In this document: in pieces, positions 48,998 through 59,041 of the stretch
How positions within the stretch are numbered: position 1 is the stretch's first letter
How the letters are laid out: each line of letters starts with the position of its first letter
From: Candidatus Woesearchaeota archaeon
GTDB taxonomy: Archaea > Nanobdellota > Nanobdellia > Woesearchaeales > UBA583
Assembly (NCBI GenBank): GCA_965205335.1
Contig: OZ242164.1
Coordinates: 864,001 to 928,000 of the forward strand
Direction of reading: 5' to 3'
Length of the DNA: 64,000 nt
Translations under genes and position numbers: made by a program
The notes under the pieces: model-generated
What the model was told of the DNA's origin: nothing
What the model saw: the letters and a program-made list of their open reading frames with translations, nothing else
Database searches by the model: none

Positions 48998-51271
48998 CTA
49001 TCTACTCCAAGTAATAAAAGAACTTAAATCAGGGGCACTATTAATATTAAATCTATCATACTCTGAATTTCCACTTGAATCAACAGGAGATACCTTTCTA
49101 ACCTCAATTGAAGTAATATCAGAAGAATATTGCAGATTTTCAATCTTTCCATTGTCATCGACTTCTGAAGTTATTACATTTGGTGAATCTAATTCACTTC
49201 TGTACACTAAAGTTTGAGTATATAAAGATTTAACGTCTTCCGATTCCTTAGGCCTCCACTGGATGAAAAAATCATTTCCTACTCTATTTAAACTATAAGA
49301 CACAAAAACCACAGAACTAATATCGGGTGGTTTATTATCTATTATCTCTACAACATTCTTATATGGCCTAATTAAAATTCCATCTTCCTTATTTAGAACA
49401 TAATAATTAGTATCACTTGTGGAACTCTGTGAAATATCATACTCCTTAAAAATCTCTCTGAGAGTTCCACGTCCCTGCTCATCCTCTGTAACCAAAACAA
49501 CATTATAATTCTTTGAATTCTCTAAACTAAACTCAGGTCCAACAAAAACAACTTTTTCGTAATTTGGATTATTCACATTAGAAATATCAGAAGTAACCAA
49601 AACATTAGTATCTATTTTTGACAAACTCTTATAACAAAAATTTGTATTGCAAACACCTTTTTCAAGTTCCACATCATCATCACCCACTTTATAAACATAC
49701 AAACCGTATGAATAAATCTCATCATCAGAATTATCGTCAACATTAATATTAATAGCAAATGAATTCTCCATATCTGGCAAATTATTAATTATAGAGACTT
49801 CATCCGTTCTCAAAGATCTTGGCCCAAAAACCTTTTGGGGGATTTTTGAATTATATGAAAGTTTAAGCAGATTCTCATCTGTAAAATAATTATAATTCGG
49901 GTGATCTACTGCAAAAACAGCAAAATAAACCTTTCTCCCTTCCTCAAGCAGAACATAATCCTCAGAATCAAAATCATATATCTGATAAACTATTTTACTC
50001 TTAATACTATTTGGTCCAAAACCACCTTCACCATCAACTAATAAAAGATTCAAATTCAAATTGCTATCCTCATTAGAATGATAATACTTAACTCCATCAA
50101 CTGAAATAGAAGTATCATGCAAAGTACTTGGAATCTCGCTATTAACAAGCAAATCCTTCAACTTATTATATTTCTCAGAACCATAAACTTCAGGATCAAA
50201 AAAATCCTCATATGAATATAGCACAATAAACCTATTAGAAACTTCCTTTGTTGCAAACTTTGAAATTCTTATCTTTATTGCATTATCTAAAACCTCAAAA
50301 TTACTAAGAGAATATTCAACCACATCATAAGGAGCCTCATCTAAAACAATCATAAACTCCAAATCCAAATTACCTTCCTTAGAATCAAAATTAACCATGA
50401 AAATATCATAACCTTCAAGAGGAATTTCAGAAAGTTCTTTTACAGAAACATCAAACTCACTTAAAATTTTAGAATTCTTCTTACGAATCAATTCCTTAAA
50501 AATCAAATTAATACAATACTCTACTTTATTTATTACATTATCTGGAATATCCTCACGCCTTCTGCAAACAGGAATTTCACTTTTCACAGAATCAGATAAC
50601 TCAGGCAGAACATGATTTATCACATTAAAAAGTTCAGAATAAGAACCTAATACAAAATCAAACTCATATACATTATCTCTTGAAACAGAACCCACATCAG
50701 AAGAATACAACTGATTAGATGAAATACTTATCAAAAACTCAGAATGAGAAGCAGAACTAACATCTATGGACTTAAGATCTAAATCATTACTTTTACTAAA
50801 AAACCCCCCTATTTCTTTTTTCAATTCTTTTTCTAAATAAATTGCAAAAGCATTATTAAACTCCTCCACATCACTAATACAAGAAACACCATCACTATCA
50901 TCTGTCTTTGTTTCATCAATTAACTTCTGATTATAAAAAATAGGTGTTTTTGTCTCGTCATAAAGACATCCAACAAAATTCTCTCTATCAAGATCATCTA
51001 AATTCCTTTCAATACCATATAACTGGTTATCTATGAAATCATCAATTGACTTTGAAGCATAATTCAAAACAAACGAATTCAAAAAAATCTCTTCATAAAA
51101 AGATATTGAATTAGACTTATCAACAGATTTCAAAATAAAAAACTCTTTATCAAAATATGAATCCTTATGACTTGACAAAACAAAAATAAAAAAAGCTAGA
51201 ACTAAAATAATCATTGCGACAGACATAATATATGGGAAAATTGTACTTGCTTTTTTATTAAACATAATCAT
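48998..51271 (-). CDS. Large acidic surface protein with class III-like signal peptide
   Basis: NKKA|STIFPYIMSVAMIILVLAFFIFV; beta-rich C-terminal half. Confidence 0.6.
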   Translation of the reverse strand: MIMFNKKASTIFPYIMSVAMIILVLAFFIFVLSSHKDSYFDKEFFILKSVDKSNSISFYEEIFLNSFVLNYASKSIDDFIDNQLYGIERNLDDLDRENFVGCLYDETKTPIFYNQKLIDETKTDDSDGVSCISDVEEFNNAFAIYLEKELKKEIGGFFSKSNDLDLKSIDVSSASHSEFLISISSNQLYSSDVGSVSRDNVYEFDFVLGSYSELFNVINHVLPELSDSVKSEIPVCRRREDIPDNVINKVEYCINLIFKELIRKKNSKILSEFDVSVKELSEIPLEGYDIFMVNFDSKEGNLDLEFMIVLDEAPYDVVEYSLSNFEVLDNAIKIRISKFATKEVSNRFIVLYSYEDFFDPEVYGSEKYNKLKDLLVNSEIPSTLHDTSISVDGVKYYHSNEDSNLNLNLLLVDGEGGFGPNSIKSKIVYQIYDFDSEDYVLLEEGRKVYFAVFAVDHPNYNYFTDENLLKLSYNSKIPQKVFGPRSLRTDEVSIINNLPDMENSFAININVDDNSDDEIYSYGLYVYKVGDDDVELEKGVCNTNFCYKSLSKIDTNVLVTSDISNVNNPNYEKVVFVGPEFSLENSKNYNVVLVTEDEQGRGTLREIFKEYDISQSSTSDTNYYVLNKEDGILIRPYKNVVEIIDNKPPDISSVVFVSYSLNRVGNDFFIQWRPKESEDVKSLYTQTLVYRSELDSPNVITSEVDDNGKIENLQYSSDITSIEVRKVSPVDSSGNSEYDRFNINSAPDLSSFITWSR

Positions 51272-51277
51272 CTTTCT

Positions 51278-51850
51278 TTAAGGACCTCCAGGAACTCTGA
51301 CAATAGGAGAATTTGGTAAAAACTTATTAAAATAGACTTTAGTATAACCTGAATTAGAAGTTCTAATAGTCACAAAATAATTCAAGTTCAAAAGAGGACC
51401 ATAATAATAAATAGGAGCATCCTTTTCACTTTTTATATCAAGCAGAGTATCTCTATTAACTTTTGTGCCTGAATGTTTCTCATAAAGTTCATAAATATCT
51501 TTTTTTTCTGATGACTTACCAATCTCACTTAGGTATTCTTCTTTATATTCCCCAACCAAAGATAAACTATCTTTAGTATCAAGCCAGATTAAATCATAAA
51601 CCCTATAATCACGCGAACTGTCTCCAAAATGCTCTTTGGCTTCATCATCACTAATCTTTAGCATCAGAAAAGTATTAACAAAAACTCTGGGGAACTCATA
51701 TAACAAATCAGGAACACTTTCTTCTATATCATCATTAAGTGCACTTGAAGAAGAAAATGCAAGGTACATTACAACAGAACAAACTACTAAAGTCACTGCC
51801 CAAAGCACATATGAATACAACAAATACTGGGCTTTTTTTGAATCTTTCAT
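51278..51850 (-). CDS. Pilin-like protein with class III signal peptide
   Basis: SKKA|QYLLYSYVLWAVTLVVCSVVMY. Confidence 0.6.
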   Translation of the reverse strand: MKDSKKAQYLLYSYVLWAVTLVVCSVVMYLAFSSSSALNDDIEESVPDLLYEFPRVFVNTFLMLKISDDEAKEHFGDSSRDYRVYDLIWLDTKDSLSLVGEYKEEYLSEIGKSSEKKDIYELYEKHSGTKVNRDTLLDIKSEKDAPIYYYGPLLNLNYFVTIRTSNSGYTKVYFNKFLPNSPIVRVPGGP

Positions 51851-51853
51851 TTT

Positions 51854-53566
51854 TTAATAATGAGGAAATTTGTGAACCTTCTTAAAAATATCATAAACCT
51901 TTGTTAAATCATCAAATGTATCAAGTTGAGCAACAATATTAGCTCTATCTCTCTTCTTTGCTTCCTTACTGTATTTTTCAGGAACATCAGGTCCACTTGA
52001 TTTCTTAATATTTTTACTTCTCTTTTCTTCCTTCTTACCACCCCCAATATCAGGTTTAATTACTGAAAACAAATCCGTTTCATCAGGATCTGGAAATTCT
52101 TCATTAAAGAAATTCATATATGCAAGCAAATCATCACGAATTATAGCCAATTCTTCAATAAATGATTCCATAATTCTGAGATTATCCACCTTTAACTTCT
52201 CTCTATATGATGCTAATTCATAAATATTCCATGTTACTCCCTTATAATTTATATCATTTCTCGTATTGGGAATAAACTGCTCTCCTTGTTGCGTTGTAAT
52301 CTTCTCAGAACGTCTTCTCTGTGAAAAATTATACTCAATTATTGGTAACTTTCTCATATCTATCTTGAAAACATAAGCAGGATTTTCTTTCCATTTCCTT
52401 TTTATTTCCTTAAACTCCTTAGGGGTAATATCCTTATTTTTTGATTCAAAAAAAACATACTTAGGATGAGTTCCTCTTTCTTCTCCTGCTAAAAACCCAC
52501 TCTTTTTTCTATATTTTCCAGCTATTATCTCAAAACCATTAATAAAAAGTCCATATCTTGTAAACTCAATATCTGTCATCTCATTCTCCCCTCTGGGCTT
52601 AAAGAAATATCTTGGAGAAACCACTTTGATATTAGAAAAAGAAGCATCCATAAGATTTAACAAATCAGGATGATTCTCCTCAAAACCGTAAAACCAATTT
52701 TCTGAACTTGTTCCTTCCATCTTCCTGTTAATCTCCATCAAAAGAGGTTTCATAAAAGTAATATACATCTGCGTCTGGGCATAAATATTTTTCAAAGCTG
52801 AAATCTTAAGTCTAAACGTCATCTCAGTATCCTTAATTGCAGTTGGAAGCCAAGTATAAAACCTATACATAAACCTTGCAGTATGTTCTGATGCCAAATG
52901 AGACACATCAACAGGATAAATATCTTCATCAAGTTGCTGCTTAAATGTCTTTTTTGTCTGAAAAGGATCATCTAAATTAATTCCAAAAAACAACTGAGGC
53001 AAAAGAGCAAAATCCAACCCCTGTTCTGTCTGAGGCTTGTGCATTTGCCAGATTTTTCCACCATCAACCTCATTCACCCATTTATCCTTTAAATGATTAA
53101 CCGCTTCATTTCTCTCATTTCTCCATTTCTTCAAATCCTCTGAATTAGGGTTCTCCTTTTTCAGTTCGTTCTGAACCAAAGCATCATTATAAGTTATCTT
53201 ATCAAACCACTTTTTATAAAAGTGAACTTCCTTAACCTCTTTTAGAAGAGGAATCAAATGCTGACGAATAAGAGTTATCAACTGCTGAAAATTCTCCTGA
53301 AAAGCCTTTATTGCATTTCCCTTAATTTGTCTCACATTTCCTCCAAACTGAGAGGATTCACTAAAATAGTGATTATCCTCAAACTTTAGAAAATTCCATC
53401 CTTTCCCGTTAGTATGTCCGAAATGAATATGCCAAAAATAAATATCAGACAAATCTACATTAGGTCCATGAATAGATATCCTCAATTCCATAAAAGGTTT
53501 ATCTAAAGAAGCAGTCCGAGTGTACTCTGTCTTAGCTCTATCTAAAAGCAAAAAATCATCAGCCAT
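51854..53566 (-). CDS. Hypothetical protein (resembles a conserved DPANN family)
   Basis: 570-aa ORF; LKDKWVNEVD and YDIFKKVHK motifs. Confidence 0.65.
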   Translation of the reverse strand: MADDFLLLDRAKTEYTRTASLDKPFMELRISIHGPNVDLSDIYFWHIHFGHTNGKGWNFLKFEDNHYFSESSQFGGNVRQIKGNAIKAFQENFQQLITLIRQHLIPLLKEVKEVHFYKKWFDKITYNDALVQNELKKENPNSEDLKKWRNERNEAVNHLKDKWVNEVDGGKIWQMHKPQTEQGLDFALLPQLFFGINLDDPFQTKKTFKQQLDEDIYPVDVSHLASEHTARFMYRFYTWLPTAIKDTEMTFRLKISALKNIYAQTQMYITFMKPLLMEINRKMEGTSSENWFYGFEENHPDLLNLMDASFSNIKVVSPRYFFKPRGENEMTDIEFTRYGLFINGFEIIAGKYRKKSGFLAGEERGTHPKYVFFESKNKDITPKEFKEIKRKWKENPAYVFKIDMRKLPIIEYNFSQRRRSEKITTQQGEQFIPNTRNDINYKGVTWNIYELASYREKLKVDNLRIMESFIEELAIIRDDLLAYMNFFNEEFPDPDETDLFSVIKPDIGGGKKEEKRSKNIKKSSGPDVPEKYSKEAKKRDRANIVAQLDTFDDLTKVYDIFKKVHKFPHY

Positions 53567-53672
53567 TTATATAAACCAATATATTTTTAATTTATAAATT
53601 TCGTTCTAACTTAATAAGTAGTGTTTAAAAGCGCAAAAGCAGATTTATAACTAAACAAAAATTCCTAAAAAT

Positions 53673-54293
53673 ATGTTAAGCGAATTCATTTCCAAAACTC
53701 ATATTAAAAAATTGGCAATATACAAAAATAAATTTTCCTGTAACAAACCATTTAACAATCTATCAATACCTAAATTTTTAGACGAAAAACTTGCAAGAAA
53801 AATTAAAAACGCCTTAAAAAAAGAGGAATACTACATTGAAGAAAACGATTTATACAAATTCCAGAGAACAGTTGACTTTAAACACCTAAAAAACAAAACC
53901 CTAAAAGAACTTAGAAATAACTTGTTATCAGAAGAATTCATATCCTATATTGAAAATCTCACAAATACCAAACTAAAAAGAAACAAAATTGACTTGCACT
54001 CTCTAAAACTTCTAAACACTCATTATCTTCTGTGCCATGACGATGATATTTTAGGCAGAAAAATAGCATTCATTCTAAACCTCTCTGAAAACAGGAGCAC
54101 AAAAGATGGAGGAAACTTAGAATTATTTGAATGCAAAAACAACAAACCATTTAAAATTTGCAAATCAATTACTCCCCAATTTAACCAATTTAACATTTTT
54201 ATTGTAGAACCAAACAAATCCTTTCATCAAATATCAGAAGTACTGTCAAACAAACAAAGAATATCAATTTCAGGATGGTTTCATTACAAATGA
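53673..54293 (+). CDS. 2OG-Fe(II) oxygenase, OGFOD1/Tpa1-like catalytic domain
   Basis: YLLCHDD..GRKIAFIL (HxD), GGNLELF, SFHQISEV (distal His), RISISGWFH (RxS). Confidence 0.88.
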   Translation: MLSEFISKTHIKKLAIYKNKFSCNKPFNNLSIPKFLDEKLARKIKNALKKEEYYIEENDLYKFQRTVDFKHLKNKTLKELRNNLLSEEFISYIENLTNTKLKRNKIDLHSLKLLNTHYLLCHDDDILGRKIAFILNLSENRSTKDGGNLELFECKNNKPFKICKSITPQFNQFNIFIVEPNKSFHQISEVLSNKQRISISGWFHYK

Positions 54294-54895
54294 AAATTAA
54301 CAAAACATACGAAAAAAAATCTATAATCTCTCAGATGAGTAAATACTTTAATCAAAATGAATTTATCTTATTAAACAGTTTCTTTGAGAATGACATATCC
54401 AAAATTAAATCCAATATTCTAAAAGAAGATTTTAAAGAAGAATACAACCCAATATCTCACAGAAAAAAAATTCTTAACAAAAAAGACATATATGCTCCTA
54501 AAATACTTGAATTATTTAACTATTTTAAATCAAAAGAATTCACTCATTTAATAAAAGAAATAACCCATTTAAACCTTCGGATTACAAACATTGAACTATA
54601 TAAATATTCACATAAAGATTTCATAATACTAAACGATGAAACAAAACCACAAAACACTGTTGATGTAATATTTGATTTAACCTCAGATTGGAAAAAAGAA
54701 AATGGAGGTATTCTAACTTATACAACAAAAAACAAAGAACTCCTATATATAACTCCTGATTTTAATACATTAACAATAGTAAATAAGCCCAAAGAAATTA
54801 TGAAATACTTAAAATACATAAATAACAAAGCAAAAACTAATCAAATACTTAGATTTGAAATTACCTTTAATATAAGGAAATTACCAAAAAAATAA
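54290..54895 (+). CDS. Degenerate 2OG-oxygenase fold, OGFOD1/Ofd1 C-terminal-domain-like
   Basis: ATGA overlap with the upstream stop; INKTY, WKKENGGILTY, ELLYITPDFNTLTIV, MKYLKYIN; HxD replaced by NDE. Confidence 0.78.
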   Translation: MKINKTYEKKSIISQMSKYFNQNEFILLNSFFENDISKIKSNILKEDFKEEYNPISHRKKILNKKDIYAPKILELFNYFKSKEFTHLIKEITHLNLRITNIELYKYSHKDFIILNDETKPQNTVDVIFDLTSDWKKENGGILTYTTKNKELLYITPDFNTLTIVNKPKEIMKYLKYINNKAKTNQILRFEITFNIRKLPKK

Positions 54896-54986
54896 ATAAA
54901 AAAATCAGAAAACCTTTCTAAACTAACTCTTTTAACACACCTCTACTTTTAGAAAAATTTATAATCTAATAGAAATTAAAAATAAT

Positions 54987-55448
54987 ATGTTTATGCCAAA
55001 TATTCCAAGAAGAAAAATCTATGAAGTAATGCTTGAATTTGAAGATGGAATGATTGAAATGCAGATTTTGCTCTATAACAGAGATAATTTTGAGAAATTC
55101 AGAGAATCATTTTACGATGAAGGTTATCCTAAAATAAGAACTTCCTATAAAAAAATTAAAGTTCTAATGATTATGTTCTTGGAAAACAGAAAATATACAT
55201 CCCATGAAGAATTTGAAAAGGACTTAAATCATCTAAAAAGAAATGATGAAAATGTCAAAAAACATTTATGGAAGAGTAAGAATTTACCTTTAAAATTCAA
55301 ATTTCTAATATTAAGAATAGATTATCTTATGAGAAAATATCCAAAAATAAACAACAGATTCATTGCCAGAATTCTGTATCGAAACTTTGACAAGTTCAAT
55401 TCTCAAGTTCCCAAAATTCTTGAACTAAGACGCGATTATATGAAATAA
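54987..55448 (+). CDS. Hypothetical protein
   Basis: 153-aa ORF ending 1 nt before the ThiS-like gene. Confidence 0.55.
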   Translation: MFMPNIPRRKIYEVMLEFEDGMIEMQILLYNRDNFEKFRESFYDEGYPKIRTSYKKIKVLMIMFLENRKYTSHEEFEKDLNHLKRNDENVKKHLWKSKNLPLKFKFLILRIDYLMRKYPKINNRFIARILYRNFDKFNSQVPKILELRRDYMK

Positions 55449-55449
55449 A

Positions 55450-55650
55450 ATGGAAATATACATTGAAAAAGAAAATACAACAAAACAAATTAAACTTGAA
55501 AAAAATGAGAAGATAAAAGAAGTTTTAAAAGAACTTGGAATCTCAATAAACTCTGTAATTCTCGTTAAAAATGATACAATATGCCTTGAAGATGAAACAG
55601 TTTCAGATGAAGACAAAATAAAAATCCTCTCAGTTGTTTCAGGCGGTTAA
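55450..55650 (+). CDS. MoaD/ThiS-family ubiquitin-like protein (SAMP-like)
   Basis: 66 aa beta-grasp pattern ending ILSVVSGG. Confidence 0.9.
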   Translation: MEIYIEKENTTKQIKLEKNEKIKEVLKELGISINSVILVKNDTICLEDETVSDEDKIKILSVVSGG

Positions 55651-55740
55651 AGATACGTCCACAAATATAAATCCTATTTGTAAATTCCTTACTGTCTCCT
55701 CACACATAAAGTTTATTAAAGAGATTTTCCAAGAAGAGAT

Positions 55741-56322
55741 ATGGCAAATCAGGAAATAGTAGATTACATAAAAAAATACAAAGACTCATATCCAGAAGAA
55801 TCTATAAGAATACAACTTGTAAATAGTGGATATAGTGAATCAGAGATTAATGAAGCATTTGGAGGAAATTCACAAGTTACTAATTTAGAGAACGCACATT
55901 ATGCTGGGTTCTGGATTAGATTTCTTGCATATATCTTAGATTCTATAATTATTGCAATACCTTTAACTCTTGTTTATATTATTCTCAATTTTATATTGGT
56001 CTTTATTTTTTCAATAAGTGAAATTGCAGCATTTTTGATTACTTATGTTATATTTGCTGTTCTGCCTATTATTGTATTTCTAACTTATGAATTTATTATG
56101 GTTGGAAAAAAGGGAGCAACACTTGGGAAAATGATAGTTGGTGCAAAGATAACTAAAGACAATGGAGAAGAGATGGATATGGGTTCATCAGCACTTAGAC
56201 TTTTAGGAAAGTTTATTAATTCTTTCACATTATGCATTGGATTCTTAATGGTGGGGTTTACTGAAAAGAAACAAGGACTTCATGATATGATTGCAAAAAC
56301 ATATGTAATCTACAAAAGATAA
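55741..56322 (+). CDS. RDD family membrane protein with small N-terminal helical domain
   Basis: YAGFWIRFLAYILD, GATLGK, KKQGLHDMIAKTYV. Confidence 0.9.
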   Translation: MANQEIVDYIKKYKDSYPEESIRIQLVNSGYSESEINEAFGGNSQVTNLENAHYAGFWIRFLAYILDSIIIAIPLTLVYIILNFILVFIFSISEIAAFLITYVIFAVLPIIVFLTYEFIMVGKKGATLGKMIVGAKITKDNGEEMDMGSSALRLLGKFINSFTLCIGFLMVGFTEKKQGLHDMIAKTYVIYKR

Positions 56323-56323
56323 A

Positions 56324-57307
56324 ATGGAAAGTAATTATGGAAAACTCTTCACATTTTCTTATAATCAGTTAAAAAAGAATAAAGAATTAGTATTACCGTT
56401 TTTCTTCTACTACCTAACATTTTTCATTTGTCTTATTCTATTTATTCTTCTCTCAGGTGCAACAAGTTTAATTAGTGAATATAACAATATGGATGATGAA
56501 TACAATAAATACTACCAAGAAGAATTAGAAAAAGGAAATAATTATCCACAGTCGAAATTAGATTATTACTTTGAAAACTCACAACTATTCAAAGAAAAAT
56601 TCTCAGGTGATAATCTAATGAAATTAGCTCTTGTTGGCATATTCACATTAATATTTGGGTGGCTTTTAGGAGTTTACTTTCAGAGCATAGGCTATTTTCA
56701 GAACTCAAAAGCCGCATCAGAAATAGAATATAAACCAGATTTCTTTTACAGCATGAAAAACTCAAAATACATACCATTAATTAAAGTAAAACTCCTATGG
56801 TTTGCAATAATCTTTACGCCTCTTATAATAATAGGTGTAGCAATATTATTATCTTTTACAGTAAATGAATTACTTGGAGTATTATCCATATTCATCGGAA
56901 TAATTCTATATATTGCCTACATAATATATGTTGGAGTTAGACTATTTTTTTTAATCCCCAAATTATACTTTGAAGAAAAATCTAATAAAGAACATAAAAT
57001 AAAAAAAACTTCAACTATTGATTTATTCAAACACACAATAGAATTATCAAAAAACAAATTTGCAATATTATTTGTACTCGCGTTAATATTTTATGCATTA
57101 GCATCTGTAGTTGATACACTATATGACATCTCCTTTCATTTTTCTATTTTTATGTTTACACTAGGTGCTCCAATGTTCTTATTTATTTTATTCTTCCTAT
57201 TGATTTTAATCTTTGTATCTGTTCTGACTTGTTACTTGAATTTATTTCTTATGAACTCATATCAGGATTTTAAAAATAACATTTCAATCTCAAAAACCGA
57301 TAAATAA
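56324..57307 (+). CDS. Multi-pass membrane protein
   Basis: About 6 TM segments; directly follows the RDD gene. Confidence 0.7.
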   Translation: MESNYGKLFTFSYNQLKKNKELVLPFFFYYLTFFICLILFILLSGATSLISEYNNMDDEYNKYYQEELEKGNNYPQSKLDYYFENSQLFKEKFSGDNLMKLALVGIFTLIFGWLLGVYFQSIGYFQNSKAASEIEYKPDFFYSMKNSKYIPLIKVKLLWFAIIFTPLIIIGVAILLSFTVNELLGVLSIFIGIILYIAYIIYVGVRLFFLIPKLYFEEKSNKEHKIKKTSTIDLFKHTIELSKNKFAILFVLALIFYALASVVDTLYDISFHFSIFMFTLGAPMFLFILFFLLILIFVSVLTCYLNLFLMNSYQDFKNNISISKTDK

Positions 57308-57372
57308 GATACAAATTATCTATTTTAAAGTTAAGACGCACTTATATATATTTATTTTTCCCTCCTCTAGGT

Positions 57373-58218
57373 ATGAGTCTTTTTGGAAAGAAAAAAGAAA
57401 AAGAAGATATGAAACAAACTCAGGATATAAAAAATACAAGTTCAATTTCTCCTAATCAATCTAATTTAAATAATGTGCCATCTTTTGGGCAAACTGCCTC
57501 AAACCCAAATCCATTTGTAAACCCTTTTGCAGAGAATAACAATTCTCCTATATCAAGTGCAAATCCAACACCTAATCCCACATTCAATCCAGCACCAAAT
57601 TCAATGCCTAATCCAGAACCCATCCCTAATGTCCAGATGCCTAATTCTAATCCTCCTATGCCTCCTCCTATGTCACACCAACAGCAACCAATACAACCAA
57701 TGCAATCACTTTCAATGCCACTACAGGATTTAAATTCATCAATGCCATCTCCACAACCTTCACAATCTATACAACAGCCAATGCAACAACCAGTAAATAT
57801 ACAAACTCCAAATGAAGCACCTTCTAGTACAGCACCTAAAGAAAACAATCAACTATCAAAAGAAGATATTGAGGAAATGATTGATGAAATCGTTGAAAAA
57901 GTTATAGAAGAAAGATGGAAAACATTAGTTAGCAATGTTGAAAAAGTTGTATCATGGAAAGAAAAACAAGAATCCCATATCAATATGATTAAAGAAGATA
58001 TTGTTTCAATTAAAGAAACATTTGACAAACTTGAAAAAAGACTCATATCAAAAATAGAAGACTATGATAAAAATGTACTTGATGTGAACTCTGAAATTAG
58101 AGCCTTAGAAAAAGTCTTTCAGAAAATAACTCCTACTCTTGTCAATAATGTTAACGAATTATCAAAAATTGCAAAAGATATAAAATCAGGCAGAGATGCA
58201 CAAGAAGAATCAATATAA
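57373..58218 (+). CDS. Pro/Asn/Gln-rich disordered protein with C-terminal coiled coil
   Basis: PNP/QP low complexity; IEEMIDEIVEKVIEERW..EIRALEKVFQKI. Confidence 0.7.
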   Translation: MSLFGKKKEKEDMKQTQDIKNTSSISPNQSNLNNVPSFGQTASNPNPFVNPFAENNNSPISSANPTPNPTFNPAPNSMPNPEPIPNVQMPNSNPPMPPPMSHQQQPIQPMQSLSMPLQDLNSSMPSPQPSQSIQQPMQQPVNIQTPNEAPSSTAPKENNQLSKEDIEEMIDEIVEKVIEERWKTLVSNVEKVVSWKEKQESHINMIKEDIVSIKETFDKLEKRLISKIEDYDKNVLDVNSEIRALEKVFQKITPTLVNNVNELSKIAKDIKSGRDAQEESI

Positions 58219-58221
58219 ATT

Positions 58222-58905
58222 TTAACTCTTAAAGAAACCAAAAGAACGTGTCTTCTTTTCTATCAGCCCTGAATTTGTAATATCAAACTCAACTTTTTTA
58301 GACTCCTTTCTAAACTTATGCTTTATAAGACATGCTATCTTTACATCCATTTCTTTATCTAACTCAATAATTGTCTTAGACCAATACTCAATAACATTTC
58401 CCCCAACCATTTTCTTTTCCTTTGTATCAAAATTAGTGTACATCTGATTTGTTACAAGAATTGGTATGTGAAATGTTCTTGAAATTTCGGTTAGTAATCT
58501 TAATTGCTCTCCTAAATTAGTATTTATTTTCGCAGGAGAATCCCCAAGCTTCAGACGATATAACATTACAAGAGAATCAACAATTACAAGTCCAATCTGA
58601 GAGGAATTTTTTATCTGTTTATTTAAATTAAGAATAATCTTGTGTTGCTCCTCAAAAGATTTTGGATTTAAAACAATTACATCCTTTAGATTAACTGACT
58701 CATATATCTGTTTTAACCTCTCAGCACTAAAACCACCTTCTGTATCAATATATATCACTTTCTTTTTCATTTTCAAAGCAGATACGCAATATTGAAAACA
58801 AACTGTTGATTTACCAACCCCAGGAGGTCCATAAATAGTAGTAATTGTATCTGATTGTAACTCCCCTATTATATCATCAAAAAAATTATCAAGTTTTAGA
58901 GTCAT
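58222..58905 (-). CDS. radB: DNA repair and recombination protein RadB
   Basis: YGPPGVGKS, YIDTEGGFSAER, VIVDS, VTNQ, KHK basic patch; no RadA N-terminal domain. Confidence 0.93.
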   Translation of the reverse strand: MTLKLDNFFDDIIGELQSDTITTIYGPPGVGKSTVCFQYCVSALKMKKKVIYIDTEGGFSAERLKQIYESVNLKDVIVLNPKSFEEQHKIILNLNKQIKNSSQIGLVIVDSLVMLYRLKLGDSPAKINTNLGEQLRLLTEISRTFHIPILVTNQMYTNFDTKEKKMVGGNVIEYWSKTIIELDKEMDVKIACLIKHKFRKESKKVEFDITNSGLIEKKTRSFGFFKS

Positions 58906-59041
58906 AAAAATATTTAACCTTACTTTTTTATAAACGCTTTGCTAAACTTTTTTAAAATCACTTAATTTCAGGATAAAATCCATTAGTAGTATTTTTATTA
59001 AGCCTAAATATAATTTCTTAATTTACAAATCCTAAATAATG

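Noticed and set aside
57456-58046. Gly/Cys-rich minus-strand ORFs
   Set aside because: Mirror of the Pro/Gln-rich plus-strand gene.
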